A stretch of DNA of 64,000 nt from Escherichia coli. GTDB taxonomy: Bacteria; Pseudomonadota; Gammaproteobacteria; Enterobacterales; Enterobacteriaceae. Positions 20,508 to 32,661 of this stretch are shown piece after piece. The DNA is taken from NCBI RefSeq assembly GCF_017348835.2, contig NZ_CP071375.1; one strand, 5' to 3'. The position numbers were made by a program, and so were the translations under genes. The notes beneath the pieces were generated by a model that was given only the letters and a program-made list of their open reading frames with translations, did no database searches and was not told the DNA's origin. Each line of letters opens with the position of its first letter. The first letter of the stretch is position 1.

Positions 20508-23042
20508 ATGGCCGGGAATGACCGCGAGCCAATTGGACGCAAAGGGAAACCGACGCGTCCGGTCAAACAAAAGGTAAGCCGTCGTCGTTACGAAGATGAC
20601 GATGATTACGACGATTATGATGACTATGAGGATGAAGAACCGATGCCGCGCAAAGGTAAGGGCAAAGGCAAAGGGCGTAAGCCTCGTGGCAAACGCGGCT
20701 GGCTATGGCTGCTGTTAAAACTGGCTATCGTTTTTGCCGTGCTGATCGCCATTTACGGCGTTTATCTCGATCAAAAAATTCGTAGCCGTATTGATGGCAA
20801 GGTCTGGCAACTGCCTGCGGCAGTTTATGGTCGAATGGTCAACCTTGAGCCAGACATGACCATCAGCAAGAACGAGATGGTGAAGCTGCTGGAGGCAACA
20901 CAGTATCGTCAGGTGTCGAAAATGACCCGTCCTGGCGAATTTACTGTGCAGGCTAACAGCATTGAGATGATCCGCCGTCCGTTTGATTTTCCGGACAGCA
21001 AAGAAGGGCAGGTGCGTGCGCGTCTGACCTTTGATGGCGATCATCTGGCGACGATCGTCAATATGGAGAACAACCGTCAGTTCGGTTTCTTCCGTCTTGA
21101 TCCGCGTCTGATCACCATGATCTCCTCACCAAACGGTGAGCAGCGTTTGTTTGTGCCGCGCAGTGGTTTCCCGGATTTGCTGGTGGATACTTTGCTGGCG
21201 ACAGAAGACCGTCATTTCTACGAGCATGATGGGATCAGTCTCTACTCAATCGGACGTGCGGTGCTGGCAAACCTGACCGCCGGACGCACGGTGCAGGGAG
21301 CGAGTACGCTGACGCAACAGCTGGTGAAAAACCTGTTCCTCTCCAGCGAGCGCTCTTACTGGCGTAAAGCGAATGAAGCCTACATGGCGCTGATCATGGA
21401 CGCGCGTTACAGCAAAGACCGTATTCTTGAGCTGTATATGAACGAGGTGTATCTCGGTCAGAGTGGCGACAACGAAATCCGTGGCTTCCCGCTGGCGAGC
21501 TTGTATTACTTTGGTCGCCCGGTAGAAGAATTGAGCCTCGATCAGCAGGCGCTGTTAGTCGGTATGGTGAAAGGAGCGTCCATCTACAACCCGTGGCGTA
21601 ACCCGAAACTGGCGCTGGAGCGACGTAATCTGGTACTGCGTCTGCTGCAACAGCAACAGATTATTGATCAAGAACTCTATGACATGTTGAGTGCGCGTTC
21701 GCTGGGTGTTCAGCCGCGCGGTGGGGTGATCTCTCCTCAGCCAGCCTTTATGCAACTGGTGCGTCAGGAGCTTCAGGCTAAATTAGGCGATAAGGTAAAA
21801 GATCTCTCCGGCGTGAAGATCTTCACTACCTTTGACTCGGTGGCCCAGGACGCGGCAGAAAAAGCCGCCGTGGAAGGCATTCCGGCACTGAAGAAACAGC
21901 GTAAGCTGAGCGATCTGGAAACCGCGATTGTGGTCGTCGACCGCTTTAGTGGTGAAGTTCGTGCGATGGTCGGAGGTTCTGAGCCGCAGTTTGCGGGCTA
22001 CAACCGTGCGATGCAGGCGCGTCGTTCGATTGGTTCCCTTGCAAAACCAGCGACTTATCTGACGGCCTTAAGCCAGCCGAAAATCTATCGTCTGAATACG
22101 TGGATTGCGGATGCGCCAATTGCGCTGCGTCAGCCGAATGGCCAGGTCTGGTCACCGCAGAATGATGACCGTCGTTATAGCGAAAGCGGCAGAGTGATGC
22201 TGGTGGATGCGTTGACCCGTTCGATGAACGTGCCGACGGTAAATCTGGGGATGGCGCTGGGGCTGCCTGCGGTTACGGATACCTGGATTAAACTGGGCGT
22301 ACCGAAAGATCAGTTGCATCCGGTTCCGGCAATGCTGCTGGGGGCGTTGAACTTAACGCCAATCGAAGTGGCGCAGGCATTCCAGACCATCGCCAGCGGT
22401 GGTAACCGTGCACCGCTTTCTGCGCTGCGTTCGGTAATCGCGGAAGATGGCAAAGTGCTGTATCAGAGCTTCCCGCAGGCGGAACGCGCTGTTCCGGCGC
22501 AGGCGGCGTATCTGACACTATGGACCATGCAGCAGGTTGTACAACGCGGTACGGGTCGTCAGCTTGGGGCGAAATACCCGAACCTGCATCTGGCAGGGAA
22601 AACAGGGACTACCAACAATAACGTAGATACCTGGTTTGCGGGCATTGACGGCAGTACGGTGACCATCACCTGGGTCGGCCGTGATAACAACCAGCCGACC
22701 AAACTGTATGGTGCCAGCGGGGCAATGTCGATTTATCAGCGTTATCTGGCAAACCAGACGCCAACGCCGCTGAATCTTGTTCCGCCAGAAGATATTGCAG
22801 ATATGGGCGTGGACTACGACGGCAACTTTGTTTGCAGCGGTGGCATGCGTGTCTTGCCGGTCTGGACCAGCGATCCGCAATCGCTGTGCCAGCAGAGTGA
22901 GATGCAGCAGCAGCCGTCAGGCAATCCGTTTGATCAGTCTTCTCAGCCGCAGCAACAGCCGCAACAGCAACCTGCTCAGCAAGAGCAGAAAGACAGCGAC
23001 GGTGTAGCCGGTTGGATCAAGGATATGTTTGGTAGTAATTAA
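20508..23042 (+). CDS. mrcB: Bifunctional penicillin-binding protein 1B (transglycosylase/transpeptidase)
   Basis: 844 aa from [18 protein letters not shown]...; charged N-terminal region, transglycosylase and transpeptidase regions, Q-rich C-terminus. Confidence 0.95.
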   Translation: MAGNDREPIGRKGKPTRPVKQKVSRRRYEDDDDYDDYDDYEDEEPMPRKGKGKGKGRKPRGKRGWLWLLLKLAIVFAVLIAIYGVYLDQKIRSRIDGKVWQLPAAVYGRMVNLEPDMTISKNEMVKLLEATQYRQVSKMTRPGEFTVQANSIEMIRRPFDFPDSKEGQVRARLTFDGDHLATIVNMENNRQFGFFRLDPRLITMISSPNGEQRLFVPRSGFPDLLVDTLLATEDRHFYEHDGISLYSIGRAVLANLTAGRTVQGASTLTQQLVKNLFLSSERSYWRKANEAYMALIMDARYSKDRILELYMNEVYLGQSGDNEIRGFPLASLYYFGRPVEELSLDQQALLVGMVKGASIYNPWRNPKLALERRNLVLRLLQQQQIIDQELYDMLSARSLGVQPRGGVISPQPAFMQLVRQELQAKLGDKVKDLSGVKIFTTFDSVAQDAAEKAAVEGIPALKKQRKLSDLETAIVVVDRFSGEVRAMVGGSEPQFAGYNRAMQARRSIGSLAKPATYLTALSQPKIYRLNTWIADAPIALRQPNGQVWSPQNDDRRYSESGRVMLVDALTRSMNVPTVNLGMALGLPAVTDTWIKLGVPKDQLHPVPAMLLGALNLTPIEVAQAFQTIASGGNRAPLSALRSVIAEDGKVLYQSFPQAERAVPAQAAYLTLWTMQQVVQRGTGRQLGAKYPNLHLAGKTGTTNNNVDTWFAGIDGSTVTITWVGRDNNQPTKLYGASGAMSIYQRYLANQTPTPLNLVPPEDIADMGVDYDGNFVCSGGMRVLPVWTSDPQSLCQQSEMQQQPSGNPFDQSSQPQQQPQQQPAQQEQKDSDGVAGWIKDMFGSN

Positions 23043-23058
23043 CGTCTAAACGTGACAT

Positions 23059-23083
23059 ACCGGATGGCGAGTTGCCATCCGGT
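23059..23083 (+). terminator. Hairpin downstream of mrcB (ACCGGATGGC-gagtt-GCCATCCGGT)
   Basis: 10-bp perfect inverted repeat directly after the mrcB stop; followed by AAAATAA rather than a T-run, so intrinsic-terminator status is uncertain. Confidence 0.35.
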
Positions 23084-23192
23084 AAAATAACATCCCACCT
23101 AAAGTATTAACCCTTTCTTTTCATCTGGTTGTTTATTAACCCTTCAGGAACGCTCAGATTGCGTACCGCTTGCGAACCCGCCAGCGTTTCGA

Positions 23193-23238
23193 ATATTATC
23201 TTATCTTTATAATAATCATTCTCGTTTACGTTATCATT
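23193..23238 (+). promoter_or_regulatory. Fur-box region / fhuA promoter operator
   Basis: tattatcttatctttATAATAATCATTCTCgtttacgttatcattc, matching the Fur consensus GATAATGATAATCATTATC; located 25-70 bp upstream of the fhuA ATG. Confidence 0.6.
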
Positions 23239-23261
23239 CACTTTACATCAGAGATATACCA

Positions 23262-25511
23262 ATGGCGCGTTCCAAAACTGCTCAGCCAAAACACTCACTG
23301 CGTAAAATCGCAGTTGTAGTAGCCACAGCGGTTAGCGGCATGTCTGTTTATGCACAGGCAGCGGTTGAACCGAAAGAAGACACTATCACCGTTACCGCTG
23401 CACCTGCGCCGCAAGAAAGCGCATGGGGGCCTGCTGCAACTATTGCGGCGCGACAGTCAGCTACCGGCACTAAAACCGATACGCCGATTCAAAAAGTGCC
23501 ACAGTCTATTTCTGTTGTGACCGCCGAAGAGATGGCGCTGCATCAGCCGAAGTCGGTAAAAGAAGCGCTTAGCTACACTCCTGGCGTTGCCGTGGGAACT
23601 CGTGGCGCATCCAACACTTACGATTACCTGATCATCCGCGGATTTGCCGCTGACGGCCAAAGCCAGAACAACTATCTGAATGGCCTGAAGATGCAGGGCA
23701 ACTTCTATAACGATGCGGTTATTGACCCATATATGCTGGAGCGCGCTGAAATCATGCGTGGCCCGGTTTCCGTGCTGTATGGGAAAAGCAGCCCAGGTGG
23801 CCTGTTGAACATGGTCAGCAAGCGCCCGACCACTGAACCGTTGAAAGAAGTTCAGTTTAAGGCCGGTACTGACAGCCTGTTCCAGACCGGTTTTGACTTC
23901 AGCGATGCGCTGGATGATGACGGCGTTTACTCTTATCGTCTGACCGGTCTTGCGCGCTCTGCCAATGCCCAGCAAAAGGGCGCGGAAGAGCAGCGTTATG
24001 CCATTGCGCCAGCGTTCACCTGGCGTCCGGACGATAAAACCAATTTCACCTTCCTCTCTTACTTCCAGAACGAGCCGGAAACCGGTTATTACGGCTGGTT
24101 GCCGAAAGAGGGAACCGTTGAGCCGCTGCCGAACGGTAAGCGTCTGCCGACAGACTTTAACGAAGGGGCGAAGAACAACACCTATTCTCGTAATGAGAAG
24201 ATGATTGGCTATAGCTTCGACCACGAATTTAACGACACCTTTACCGTACGTCAGAACCTTCGCTTTGCGCAAAATAAAGTTTCGCAAAAGAGCGTATATG
24301 GCTACGGCATGTGTTCAGATCCTCTCTATTCCTCAAACCCCTCTTCGAGTCCATGTGCCAACGTGCCGCAGTCTCAATGGGGCCATACACTGACTCGTCA
24401 GTACGTTATCGATAATGAGAAGTTAGAAAACTTCTCTGTTGATACTCAGTTGCAAAGCAAATTCGCAACCGGTTCAGTGGATCACACTCTGCTGACTGGC
24501 GTTGACTTTATGCGTATGCGTAATGACATCGACTCCTGGTTCGGATATGCCGGTTCAGTTGCACCATCTGATATCTATAATTTAGACCGTAGTGACTTTG
24601 ATTTTGGCGCTCACCCAAATCCGTCTGGTCCATACCGCGTTCTGCTGAAACAGAAACAAACCGGTCTGTATGTTCAGGATCAGGCGCAGTGGGATAAAGT
24701 GCTGGTTACGCTTGGCGGTCGCTATGACTGGGCCGATCAGTCATCTTTCAACCGTGATTACGGTAATAAATCCGATCGCGATGATAAACAGTTCACCTGG
24801 CGTGGCGGTGTTAACTATCTGTTCGACAACGGCGTAACGCCTTATTTCAGCTACAGTGAATCGTTTGAACCCGCTTCGCAGACCGATGCAAACGGCGATC
24901 TGTTTGCACCTTCGAAAGGCAAACAGTATGAAGTCGGCGTGAAATATGTGCCAGAAGATCGCCCAATTGTGGTGACTGGCGCACTGTATCAGCTTACCAA
25001 AACTAATAACCTGATGGCGGATCCGAACGGTTCACTGTTCTCGGTTGAAGGCGGTGAGATTCGTGCGCGTGGCGTAGAGCTGGAAGCGAAAGCGGCACTA
25101 TCGGCGAGTGTTAACTTAGTTGGTTCTTACACCTACACCGACGCGGAATACACCACTGACACCAACTACAAAGGCAATACGCCGGCACAGGTGCCAAAAC
25201 ACATGGCTTCGCTGTGGGCTGACTATACCTTCTTTGACGGTCCGCTTTCAGGTCTGACGCTGGGCACCGGTGGTCGTTATACTGGCTCCAGCTATGGTGA
25301 TCCGGCTAACTCCTTTAAAGTGGGAAGTTATACGGTCGTGGATGCGTTAGTGCGTTATGATCTGGCGCGAGTCGGCATGGCTGGCTCCAACGTGGCGCTG
25401 CATGTTAACAACCTGTTCGATCGTGAATACGTCGCCAGCTGCTTTAACACTTATGGCTGCTTCTGGGGCGCAGAACGTCAGGTCGTTGCAACCGCAACCT
25501 TCCGTTTCTAA
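23262..25511 (+). CDS. fhuA: Ferrichrome outer-membrane transporter (TonB-dependent receptor)
   Basis: 749-aa ORF; signal peptide, TonB box (DTITVTAAP), C-terminal ...ATATFRF. Confidence 0.95.
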   Translation: MARSKTAQPKHSLRKIAVVVATAVSGMSVYAQAAVEPKEDTITVTAAPAPQESAWGPAATIAARQSATGTKTDTPIQKVPQSISVVTAEEMALHQPKSVKEALSYTPGVAVGTRGASNTYDYLIIRGFAADGQSQNNYLNGLKMQGNFYNDAVIDPYMLERAEIMRGPVSVLYGKSSPGGLLNMVSKRPTTEPLKEVQFKAGTDSLFQTGFDFSDALDDDGVYSYRLTGLARSANAQQKGAEEQRYAIAPAFTWRPDDKTNFTFLSYFQNEPETGYYGWLPKEGTVEPLPNGKRLPTDFNEGAKNNTYSRNEKMIGYSFDHEFNDTFTVRQNLRFAQNKVSQKSVYGYGMCSDPLYSSNPSSSPCANVPQSQWGHTLTRQYVIDNEKLENFSVDTQLQSKFATGSVDHTLLTGVDFMRMRNDIDSWFGYAGSVAPSDIYNLDRSDFDFGAHPNPSGPYRVLLKQKQTGLYVQDQAQWDKVLVTLGGRYDWADQSSFNRDYGNKSDRDDKQFTWRGGVNYLFDNGVTPYFSYSESFEPASQTDANGDLFAPSKGKQYEVGVKYVPEDRPIVVTGALYQLTKTNNLMADPNGSLFSVEGGEIRARGVELEAKAALSASVNLVGSYTYTDAEYTTDTNYKGNTPAQVPKHMASLWADYTFFDGPLSGLTLGTGGRYTGSSYGDPANSFKVGSYTVVDALVRYDLARVGMAGSNVALHVNNLFDREYVASCFNTYGCFWGAERQVVATATFRF

Positions 25512-25522
25512 TTTCTCTTTTG

Positions 25523-25546
25523 GGGCACGGATTTCCGTGCCCGTTT
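25523..25546 (+). terminator. Hairpin between fhuA and fhuC (possible attenuator or partial terminator)
   Basis: GGGCACGGA-tt-TCCGTGCCC followed by GTTTCAC. Confidence 0.35.
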
Positions 25547-25561
25547 CACAAGTTGGCTGTT

Positions 25562-26359
25562 ATGCAGGAATACACGAATCATTCCGATACCACTTTTGCA
25601 CTGCGTAATATCTCCTTTCGTGTGCCAGGGCGCACGCTTTTGCATCCGCTGTCGTTAACCTTTCCTGCCGGAAAAGTGACTGGTTTGATTGGTCACAACG
25701 GTTCTGGTAAATCCACGCTGTTAAAAATGTTGGGCCGTCATCAGCCGCCGTCAGAAGGTGAAATTCTTCTTGATGCCCAGCCGCTGGAAAGCTGGAGTAG
25801 CAAAGCATTCGCCCGCAAAGTGGCTTATTTGCCGCAGCAGCTTCCTCCGGCAGAAGGGATGACCGTGCGTGAACTGGTGGCGATTGGTCGTTACCCGTGG
25901 CATGGCGCGCTGGGGCGCTTTGGTGCGGCAGATCGCGAAAAAGTTGAGGAAGCTATCTCGCTGGTTGGCTTAAAACCGCTGGCGCATCGGCTGGTCGATA
26001 GTCTCTCTGGCGGTGAGCGTCAGCGGGCGTGGATCGCCATGCTGGTGGCGCAGGATAGCCGTTGTCTGTTGCTCGACGAACCGACCTCGGCGTTGGATAT
26101 CGCCCACCAGGTTGATGTGCTGGCGCTGGTGCACCGTTTAAGTCAGGAACGTGGTCTGACGGTCATTGCCGTGCTGCACGATATCAATATGGCGGCACGC
26201 TACTGTGATTATCTGGTCGCCCTGCGCGGCGGTGAAATGATTGCTCAGGGAACGCCTGCGGAAATTATGCGCGGCGAAACCCTCGAAATGATTTATGGCA
26301 TCCCGATGGGTATTTTGCCGCATCCGGCGGGTGCTGCACCTGTGAGTTTTGTTTATTGA
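25562..26359 (+). CDS. fhuC: Ferric hydroxamate ABC transporter ATP-binding protein
   Basis: 265 aa from MQEYTNHSDTTFALRNISF...; Walker A GHNGSGKST; signature LSGGERQRAWIA. Confidence 0.95.
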   Translation: MQEYTNHSDTTFALRNISFRVPGRTLLHPLSLTFPAGKVTGLIGHNGSGKSTLLKMLGRHQPPSEGEILLDAQPLESWSSKAFARKVAYLPQQLPPAEGMTVRELVAIGRYPWHGALGRFGAADREKVEEAISLVGLKPLAHRLVDSLSGGERQRAWIAMLVAQDSRCLLLDEPTSALDIAHQVDVLALVHRLSQERGLTVIAVLHDINMAARYCDYLVALRGGEMIAQGTPAEIMRGETLEMIYGIPMGILPHPAGAAPVSFVY

Positions 26360-27249
26360 TGAGCGGCTTACCTCTTATTTCGCGCCGTCGACTGTTAACG
26401 GCGATGGCGCTTTCTCCGTTGTTATGGCAGATGAATGCCGCCCACGCGGCGGCTATTGATCCCAATCGTATTGTGGCGCTGGAGTGGTTGCCGGTGGAAT
26501 TACTGCTGGCGCTCGGCATCGTGCCTTATGGCGTGGCGGACACCATCAACTATCGCCTGTGGGTTAGCGAACCACCGTTACTTGAATCGGTGATTGACGT
26601 CGGTTTGCGCACAGAACCTAACCTTGAACTGCTGACCGAAATGAAACCGTCGTTTATGGTCTGGTCGGCAGGATATGGCCCTTCACCAGAAATGCTGGCT
26701 CGTATTGCGCCGGGGCGCGGATTTAACTTCAGCGACGGCAAACAGCCGCTGGCGATGGCGCGTAAATCACTGACGGAAATGGCAGATTTACTTAACCTGC
26801 AAAGCGCAGCGGAAACGCATTTAGCGCAATACGAAGACTTTATCCGCAGCATGAAACCCCGCTTTGTGAAGCGTGGTGCACGCCCGTTATTGCTGACGAC
26901 GCTTATCGATCCGCGCCATATGTTGGTCTTCGGGCCAAACAGCTTGTTCCAGGAAATTCTCGATGAGTACGGCATCCCAAATGCCTGGCAAGGGGAAACC
27001 AACTTCTGGGGCAGCACCGCCGTCAGTATCGATCGTCTGGCGGCGTATAAAGATGTTGATGTGCTCTGTTTTGATCACGACAACAGCAAAGACATGGATG
27101 CGCTAATGGCAACCCCGCTGTGGCAGGCCATGCCGTTTGTCCGTACAGGGCGCTTTCAGCGCGTACCTGCAGTCTGGTTTTATGGTGCGACGCTCTCGGC
27201 AATGCACTTTGTGCGTATTCTGGATAACGCCATCGGAGGTAAAGCGTGA
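26356..27249 (+). CDS. fhuD: Ferric hydroxamate periplasmic binding protein
   Basis: 297-aa ORF with a signal peptide; overlaps the fhuC stop and the fhuB start. Confidence 0.9.
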   Translation: MMSGLPLISRRRLLTAMALSPLLWQMNAAHAAAIDPNRIVALEWLPVELLLALGIVPYGVADTINYRLWVSEPPLLESVIDVGLRTEPNLELLTEMKPSFMVWSAGYGPSPEMLARIAPGRGFNFSDGKQPLAMARKSLTEMADLLNLQSAAETHLAQYEDFIRSMKPRFVKRGARPLLLTTLIDPRHMLVFGPNSLFQEILDEYGIPNAWQGETNFWGSTAVSIDRLAAYKDVDVLCFDHDNSKDMDALMATPLWQAMPFVRTGRFQRVPAVWFYGATLSAMHFVRILDNAIGGKA

Positions 27250-29228
27250 GTAAACGAATTGCGCTTTTCCCGGCGTTATTGCTGGCGCTGTTAGTGATTG
27301 TCGCTACGGCGCTCACCTGGATGAACTTCTCGCAGGCGCTGCCGCGTAGCCAGTGGGCGCAGGCTGCCTGGTCGCCGGATATTGACGTCATCGAGCAGAT
27401 GATTTTTCACTACAGCTTGTTGCCGCGTCTGGCGATTTCGCTGCTGGTGGGCGCGGGCCTGGGGCTGGTGGGCGTGCTGTTTCAGCAAGTGCTGCGTAAC
27501 CCGCTGGCGGAACCGACGACGTTGGGCGTTGCTACAGGCGCGCAACTGGGGATTACCGTCACGACGCTCTGGGCGATCCCTGGTGCGATGGCGAGCCAGT
27601 TTGCTGCGCTGGCAGGGGCTTGTGTTGTTGGCTTAATTGTCTTTGGCGTCGCGTGGGGGAAACGGCTGTCGCCGGTAACGCTGATTCTCGCGGGGCTGGT
27701 AGTGAGCCTTTATTGTGGGGCAATCAATCAATTACTGGTTATCTTCCATCATGACCAGTTGCAAAGCATGTTTCTGTGGAGCACTGGAACGCTGACGCAA
27801 ACCGACTGGGGCGGCGTTGAGCGTTTATGGCCGCAGCTGCTGGGCGGCGTGATGCTGACGTTATTGCTACTTCGCCCGTTAACCCTGATGGGGCTTGATG
27901 ATGGCGTGGCGCGCAATCTCGGGCTGGCCTTGTCGCTCGCGCGTCTGGCGGCGCTGTCGCTGGCGATTGTCATCAGTGCGCTGCTGGTGAATGCGGTAGG
28001 GATTATCGGCTTTATCGGGTTGTTCGCGCCGCTGCTGGCAAAAATGCTGGGGGCGCGGCGTCTGCTGCCACGGTTGATGCTGGCGTCGCTGATTGGGGCG
28101 CTGATCCTCTGGCTTTCCGATCAAATCATCCTCTGGCTGACTCGTGTGTGGATGGAAGTGTCCACCGGTTCGGTCACTGCGTTGATCGGTGCGCCGCTGC
28201 TACTGTGGCTGTTGCCGCGTTTACGCAGCATTAGCGCGCCGGATATGAAGGTCAACGATCGTGTCGCGGCTGAACGCCAACATGTGCTGGCGTTTGCCCT
28301 CGCGGGCGGCGTGCTGCTGTTGATGGCTGTGGTGGTGGCGCTGTCGTTTGGTCGTGATGCGCACGGCTGGACGTGGGCGAGCGGGGCGTTGCTCGATGAT
28401 TTAATGCCCTGGCGCTGGCCGCGAATTATGGCGGCGCTGTTTGCGGGCGTCATGCTGGCGGTGGCGGGCTGTATTATTCAGCGGCTGACCGGAAACCCGA
28501 TGGCAAGCCCGGAAGTGCTGGGGATTAGCTCCGGCGCGGCGTTTGGCGTGGTGTTAATGCTGTTTCTGGTACCGGGTAATGCCTTTGGCTGGCTGTTACC
28601 CGCAGGCAGTCTCGGGGCGGCGGTGACGCTGTTGATCATTATGATCGCCGCCGGACGCGGTGGATTTTCCCCACACCGTATGTTACTGGCGGGGATGGCG
28701 TTAAGTACCGCATTCACCATGCTTTTGATGATGTTGCAGGCGAGCGGTGACCCGCGAATGGCGCAAGTGCTGACCTGGATTTCCGGTTCGACCTACAACG
28801 CGACCGATGCGCAGGTCTGGCGCACCGGAATTGTGATGGTGATTTTGCTGGCGATTACCCCGCTGTGCCGCCGCTGGCTGACCATTTTACCGCTGGGTGG
28901 TGATACCGCCCGAGCCGTAGGAATGGCGCTGACGCCGACGCGAATTGCGCTGCTGCTGTTAGCGGCTTGCCTGACGGCGACCGCGACGATGACTATTGGA
29001 CCGTTGAGTTTTGTTGGTTTAATGGCACCGCATATTGCGCGGATGATGGGTTTTCGACGGACGATGCCACACATCGTAATTTCGGCGCTGGTGGGTGGTT
29101 TACTGCTGGTATTCGCTGACTGGTGTGGGCGGATGGTGCTGTTTCCATTCCAGATCCCGGCGGGGCTGCTGTCGACCTTTATCGGCGCGCCATATTTTAT
29201 CTATTTGTTGAGAAAGCAGAGCCGTTAA
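27246..29228 (+). CDS. fhuB: Ferric hydroxamate ABC transporter permease (fused double permease)
   Basis: 660-aa highly hydrophobic ORF with an internally duplicated permease architecture. Confidence 0.95.
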   Translation: MSKRIALFPALLLALLVIVATALTWMNFSQALPRSQWAQAAWSPDIDVIEQMIFHYSLLPRLAISLLVGAGLGLVGVLFQQVLRNPLAEPTTLGVATGAQLGITVTTLWAIPGAMASQFAALAGACVVGLIVFGVAWGKRLSPVTLILAGLVVSLYCGAINQLLVIFHHDQLQSMFLWSTGTLTQTDWGGVERLWPQLLGGVMLTLLLLRPLTLMGLDDGVARNLGLALSLARLAALSLAIVISALLVNAVGIIGFIGLFAPLLAKMLGARRLLPRLMLASLIGALILWLSDQIILWLTRVWMEVSTGSVTALIGAPLLLWLLPRLRSISAPDMKVNDRVAAERQHVLAFALAGGVLLLMAVVVALSFGRDAHGWTWASGALLDDLMPWRWPRIMAALFAGVMLAVAGCIIQRLTGNPMASPEVLGISSGAAFGVVLMLFLVPGNAFGWLLPAGSLGAAVTLLIIMIAAGRGGFSPHRMLLAGMALSTAFTMLLMMLQASGDPRMAQVLTWISGSTYNATDAQVWRTGIVMVILLAITPLCRRWLTILPLGGDTARAVGMALTPTRIALLLLAACLTATATMTIGPLSFVGLMAPHIARMMGFRRTMPHIVISALVGGLLLVFADWCGRMVLFPFQIPAGLLSTFIGAPYFIYLLRKQSR

Positions 29229-29234
29229 TAGAAT

Positions 29235-29255
29235 GCCTCGCCCGGTGGGCGAGGC
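29235..29255. terminator. Bidirectional hairpin terminator between convergent fhuB and hemL
   Basis: GCCTCGCCC-ggt-GGGCGAGGC, a perfect 9-bp stem in the 34-bp convergent intergenic gap. Confidence 0.5.
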
Positions 29256-29262
29256 AAAATCA

Positions 29263-30543
29263 TCACAACTTCGCAAACACCCGACGTGCAGCATCGATGG
29301 TGTTATTGATATCTTCCATGCTGTGCGCCACAGACATAAAGCCCGCTTCAAACGCTGACGGTGCCAGGTAAACACCTTCATCCAGCATCATATGGAAGAA
29401 ACGCTTAAAGCGCTCGACGTCACAGGCCATCACATCCTGATAGCACGTCACGGACCCGGCGTCGGTAAAGAAGATACCGAACATACCACCGACGTGGTTA
29501 ACGACCAGCGGAATTCCGGCTTCTTCTGCCGCTTCCAGCAGACCTTCTGCCAGACGTGTTGTCAGCTCATCCAGCGTTTCGTGAACGCCCGGCTGCGCGA
29601 CTTCATTCAGACAGGCGAAACCGGCTGCCATCGCAATTGGGTTACCGGAAAGCGTACCCGCCTGATAGACCGGACCCGTCGGGGCCAGCGCATCCATTAC
29701 ATCACGACGACCACCGAATGCGCCTACCGGCATTCCACCGCCGATGATTTTTCCGAGGCAGGTTAAATCTGGCACTACGCCGTAATAATCCTGTGCGCCA
29801 GCTAGCGCTACGCGGAAACCGGTCATCACTTCATCGATGATCAGCAACGCGCCAAATTCGTCACACAGCGCACGCAGACCTGGCAGGAACTCTGGCAGCG
29901 GCGGAACACAGTTCATATTGCCTGCCACCGGCTCGACGATAATACAGGCAATCTCTTGCGGGTATTGCTCAAACGCGGCGCGTACAGAAGCCAGATCGTT
30001 ATAAGTACAGGTTAAGGTATGTTTGGCGAAATCTGCCGGAACGCCCGGCGAGTTTGGCTGGCCTAACGTGAGTGCGCCAGAACCGGCTTTTACCAGCAGG
30101 CAGTCAGCGTGACCGTGGTAACAACCTTCAAATTTAATAATTTTGTCGCGACCGGTAAAACCACGGGCCAGGCGGATGGCGCTCATGGTCGCCTCGGTGC
30201 CGGAGTTCACCATGCGCACCATATCCATGGTCGGGACCAGTTCGGTCACCAGTTGCGCCATTCTCACTTCCATTTCGGTCGGTGCACCAAAGCTTAAACC
30301 ACGCTCGGCGGCTTCAATCACGGCATTGCGGATCGCCGGATGGTTATGGCCCAGCACCATCGGCCCCCAGGAACCGACATAATCGATATAGGCTTTGCCA
30401 TCAACATCGTACAGATAAGCGCCGTCCGCTTTTTCGATAAACAGTGGAGTGCCGCCCACGCCAGTAAAGGCGCGAACAGGGGAGTTCACACCGCCAGGGA
30501 TCAGCTCGCGCGCTGCGCTGTAAAGATTTTCAGACTTACTCAT
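29263..30543 (-). CDS. hemL: Glutamate-1-semialdehyde 2,1-aminomutase
   Basis: 426-aa [29 protein letters not shown]...; aminotransferase class III. Confidence 0.95.
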   Translation of the reverse strand: MSKSENLYSAARELIPGGVNSPVRAFTGVGGTPLFIEKADGAYLYDVDGKAYIDYVGSWGPMVLGHNHPAIRNAVIEAAERGLSFGAPTEMEVRMAQLVTELVPTMDMVRMVNSGTEATMSAIRLARGFTGRDKIIKFEGCYHGHADCLLVKAGSGALTLGQPNSPGVPADFAKHTLTCTYNDLASVRAAFEQYPQEIACIIVEPVAGNMNCVPPLPEFLPGLRALCDEFGALLIIDEVMTGFRVALAGAQDYYGVVPDLTCLGKIIGGGMPVGAFGGRRDVMDALAPTGPVYQAGTLSGNPIAMAAGFACLNEVAQPGVHETLDELTTRLAEGLLEAAEEAGIPLVVNHVGGMFGIFFTDAGSVTCYQDVMACDVERFKRFFHMMLDEGVYLAPSAFEAGFMSVAHSMEDINNTIDAARRVFAKL

Positions 30544-30749
30544 GGAGGGTTCCTGATTCGTAGAAAAAGTGAATGGCTGCTATTCTATGTTATTCATAAC
30601 AAGTTAAATACTCGTCAAACATCAGGCTGCTTGTACTGGTGCAATCCTGAGTTCTTAGAGTATAAAAGTTTTGTGCATTTGAAACATTACGCTTTGCAAA
30701 GGATTTTCATGGAACGTGCGAGTAAAATGCCGTCATCTTATTTGTATGA

Positions 30750-32189
<1,440 letters not shown>

Positions 32190-32270
32190 ACGAAATACCA
32201 GGGTATTAGATAATGGCGATTATTATTGGGTTAGAATTTGCCCAATTGCCGATGTCGTTTGGAGCAAAAT

Positions 32271-32615
32271 ATGAGTGATGACGTAGCACTGCCGCTGGAG
32301 TTTACCGACGCAGCAGCCAACAAAGTTAAAAGCCTGATCGCTGACGAAGATAACCCGAATCTGAAATTACGCGTGTATATCACCGGTGGCGGTTGCAGCG
32401 GCTTCCAGTATGGTTTCACCTTTGATGATCAGGTGAACGAAGGCGATATGACCATCGAAAAACAGGGCGTTGGCCTGGTGGTTGATCCGATGAGCCTGCA
32501 ATATCTGGTCGGCGGTTCCGTTGACTACACCGAAGGACTGGAAGGTTCTCGTTTCATCGTGACCAACCCGAACGCGAAAAGCACCTGCGGTTGCGGTTCT
32601 TCCTTTAGCATCTAA
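32271..32615 (+). CDS. erpA: Iron-sulfur cluster insertion protein (A-type carrier)
   Basis: 114 aa from [20 protein letters not shown]...; C-terminal CGCGSSF motif. Confidence 0.95.
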
Positions 32616-32627
32616 TCTGTTGTTCAT

Positions 32628-32650
32628 GTGCCGGATAAACTATCCGGCAC
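32628..32650. terminator. Bidirectional hairpin between convergent erpA and yadS
   Basis: GTGCCGGATA-aac-TATCCGGCAC, a perfect 10-bp stem. Confidence 0.5.
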
Positions 32651-32661
32651 ATCTTCTCTCT

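Noticed and set aside
20327-20577. Several 64-76-aa ORFs in the hrpB–mrcB intergenic region
   Set aside because: They are produced by the GC-rich palindromic repeats and overlap each other on both strands; they are not plausible genes.
23457-24287. 276-aa minus-strand ORF inside fhuA
   Set aside because: Antisense to a well-supported TonB-dependent receptor gene; the product is Arg/Leu-rich nonsense with no start context.
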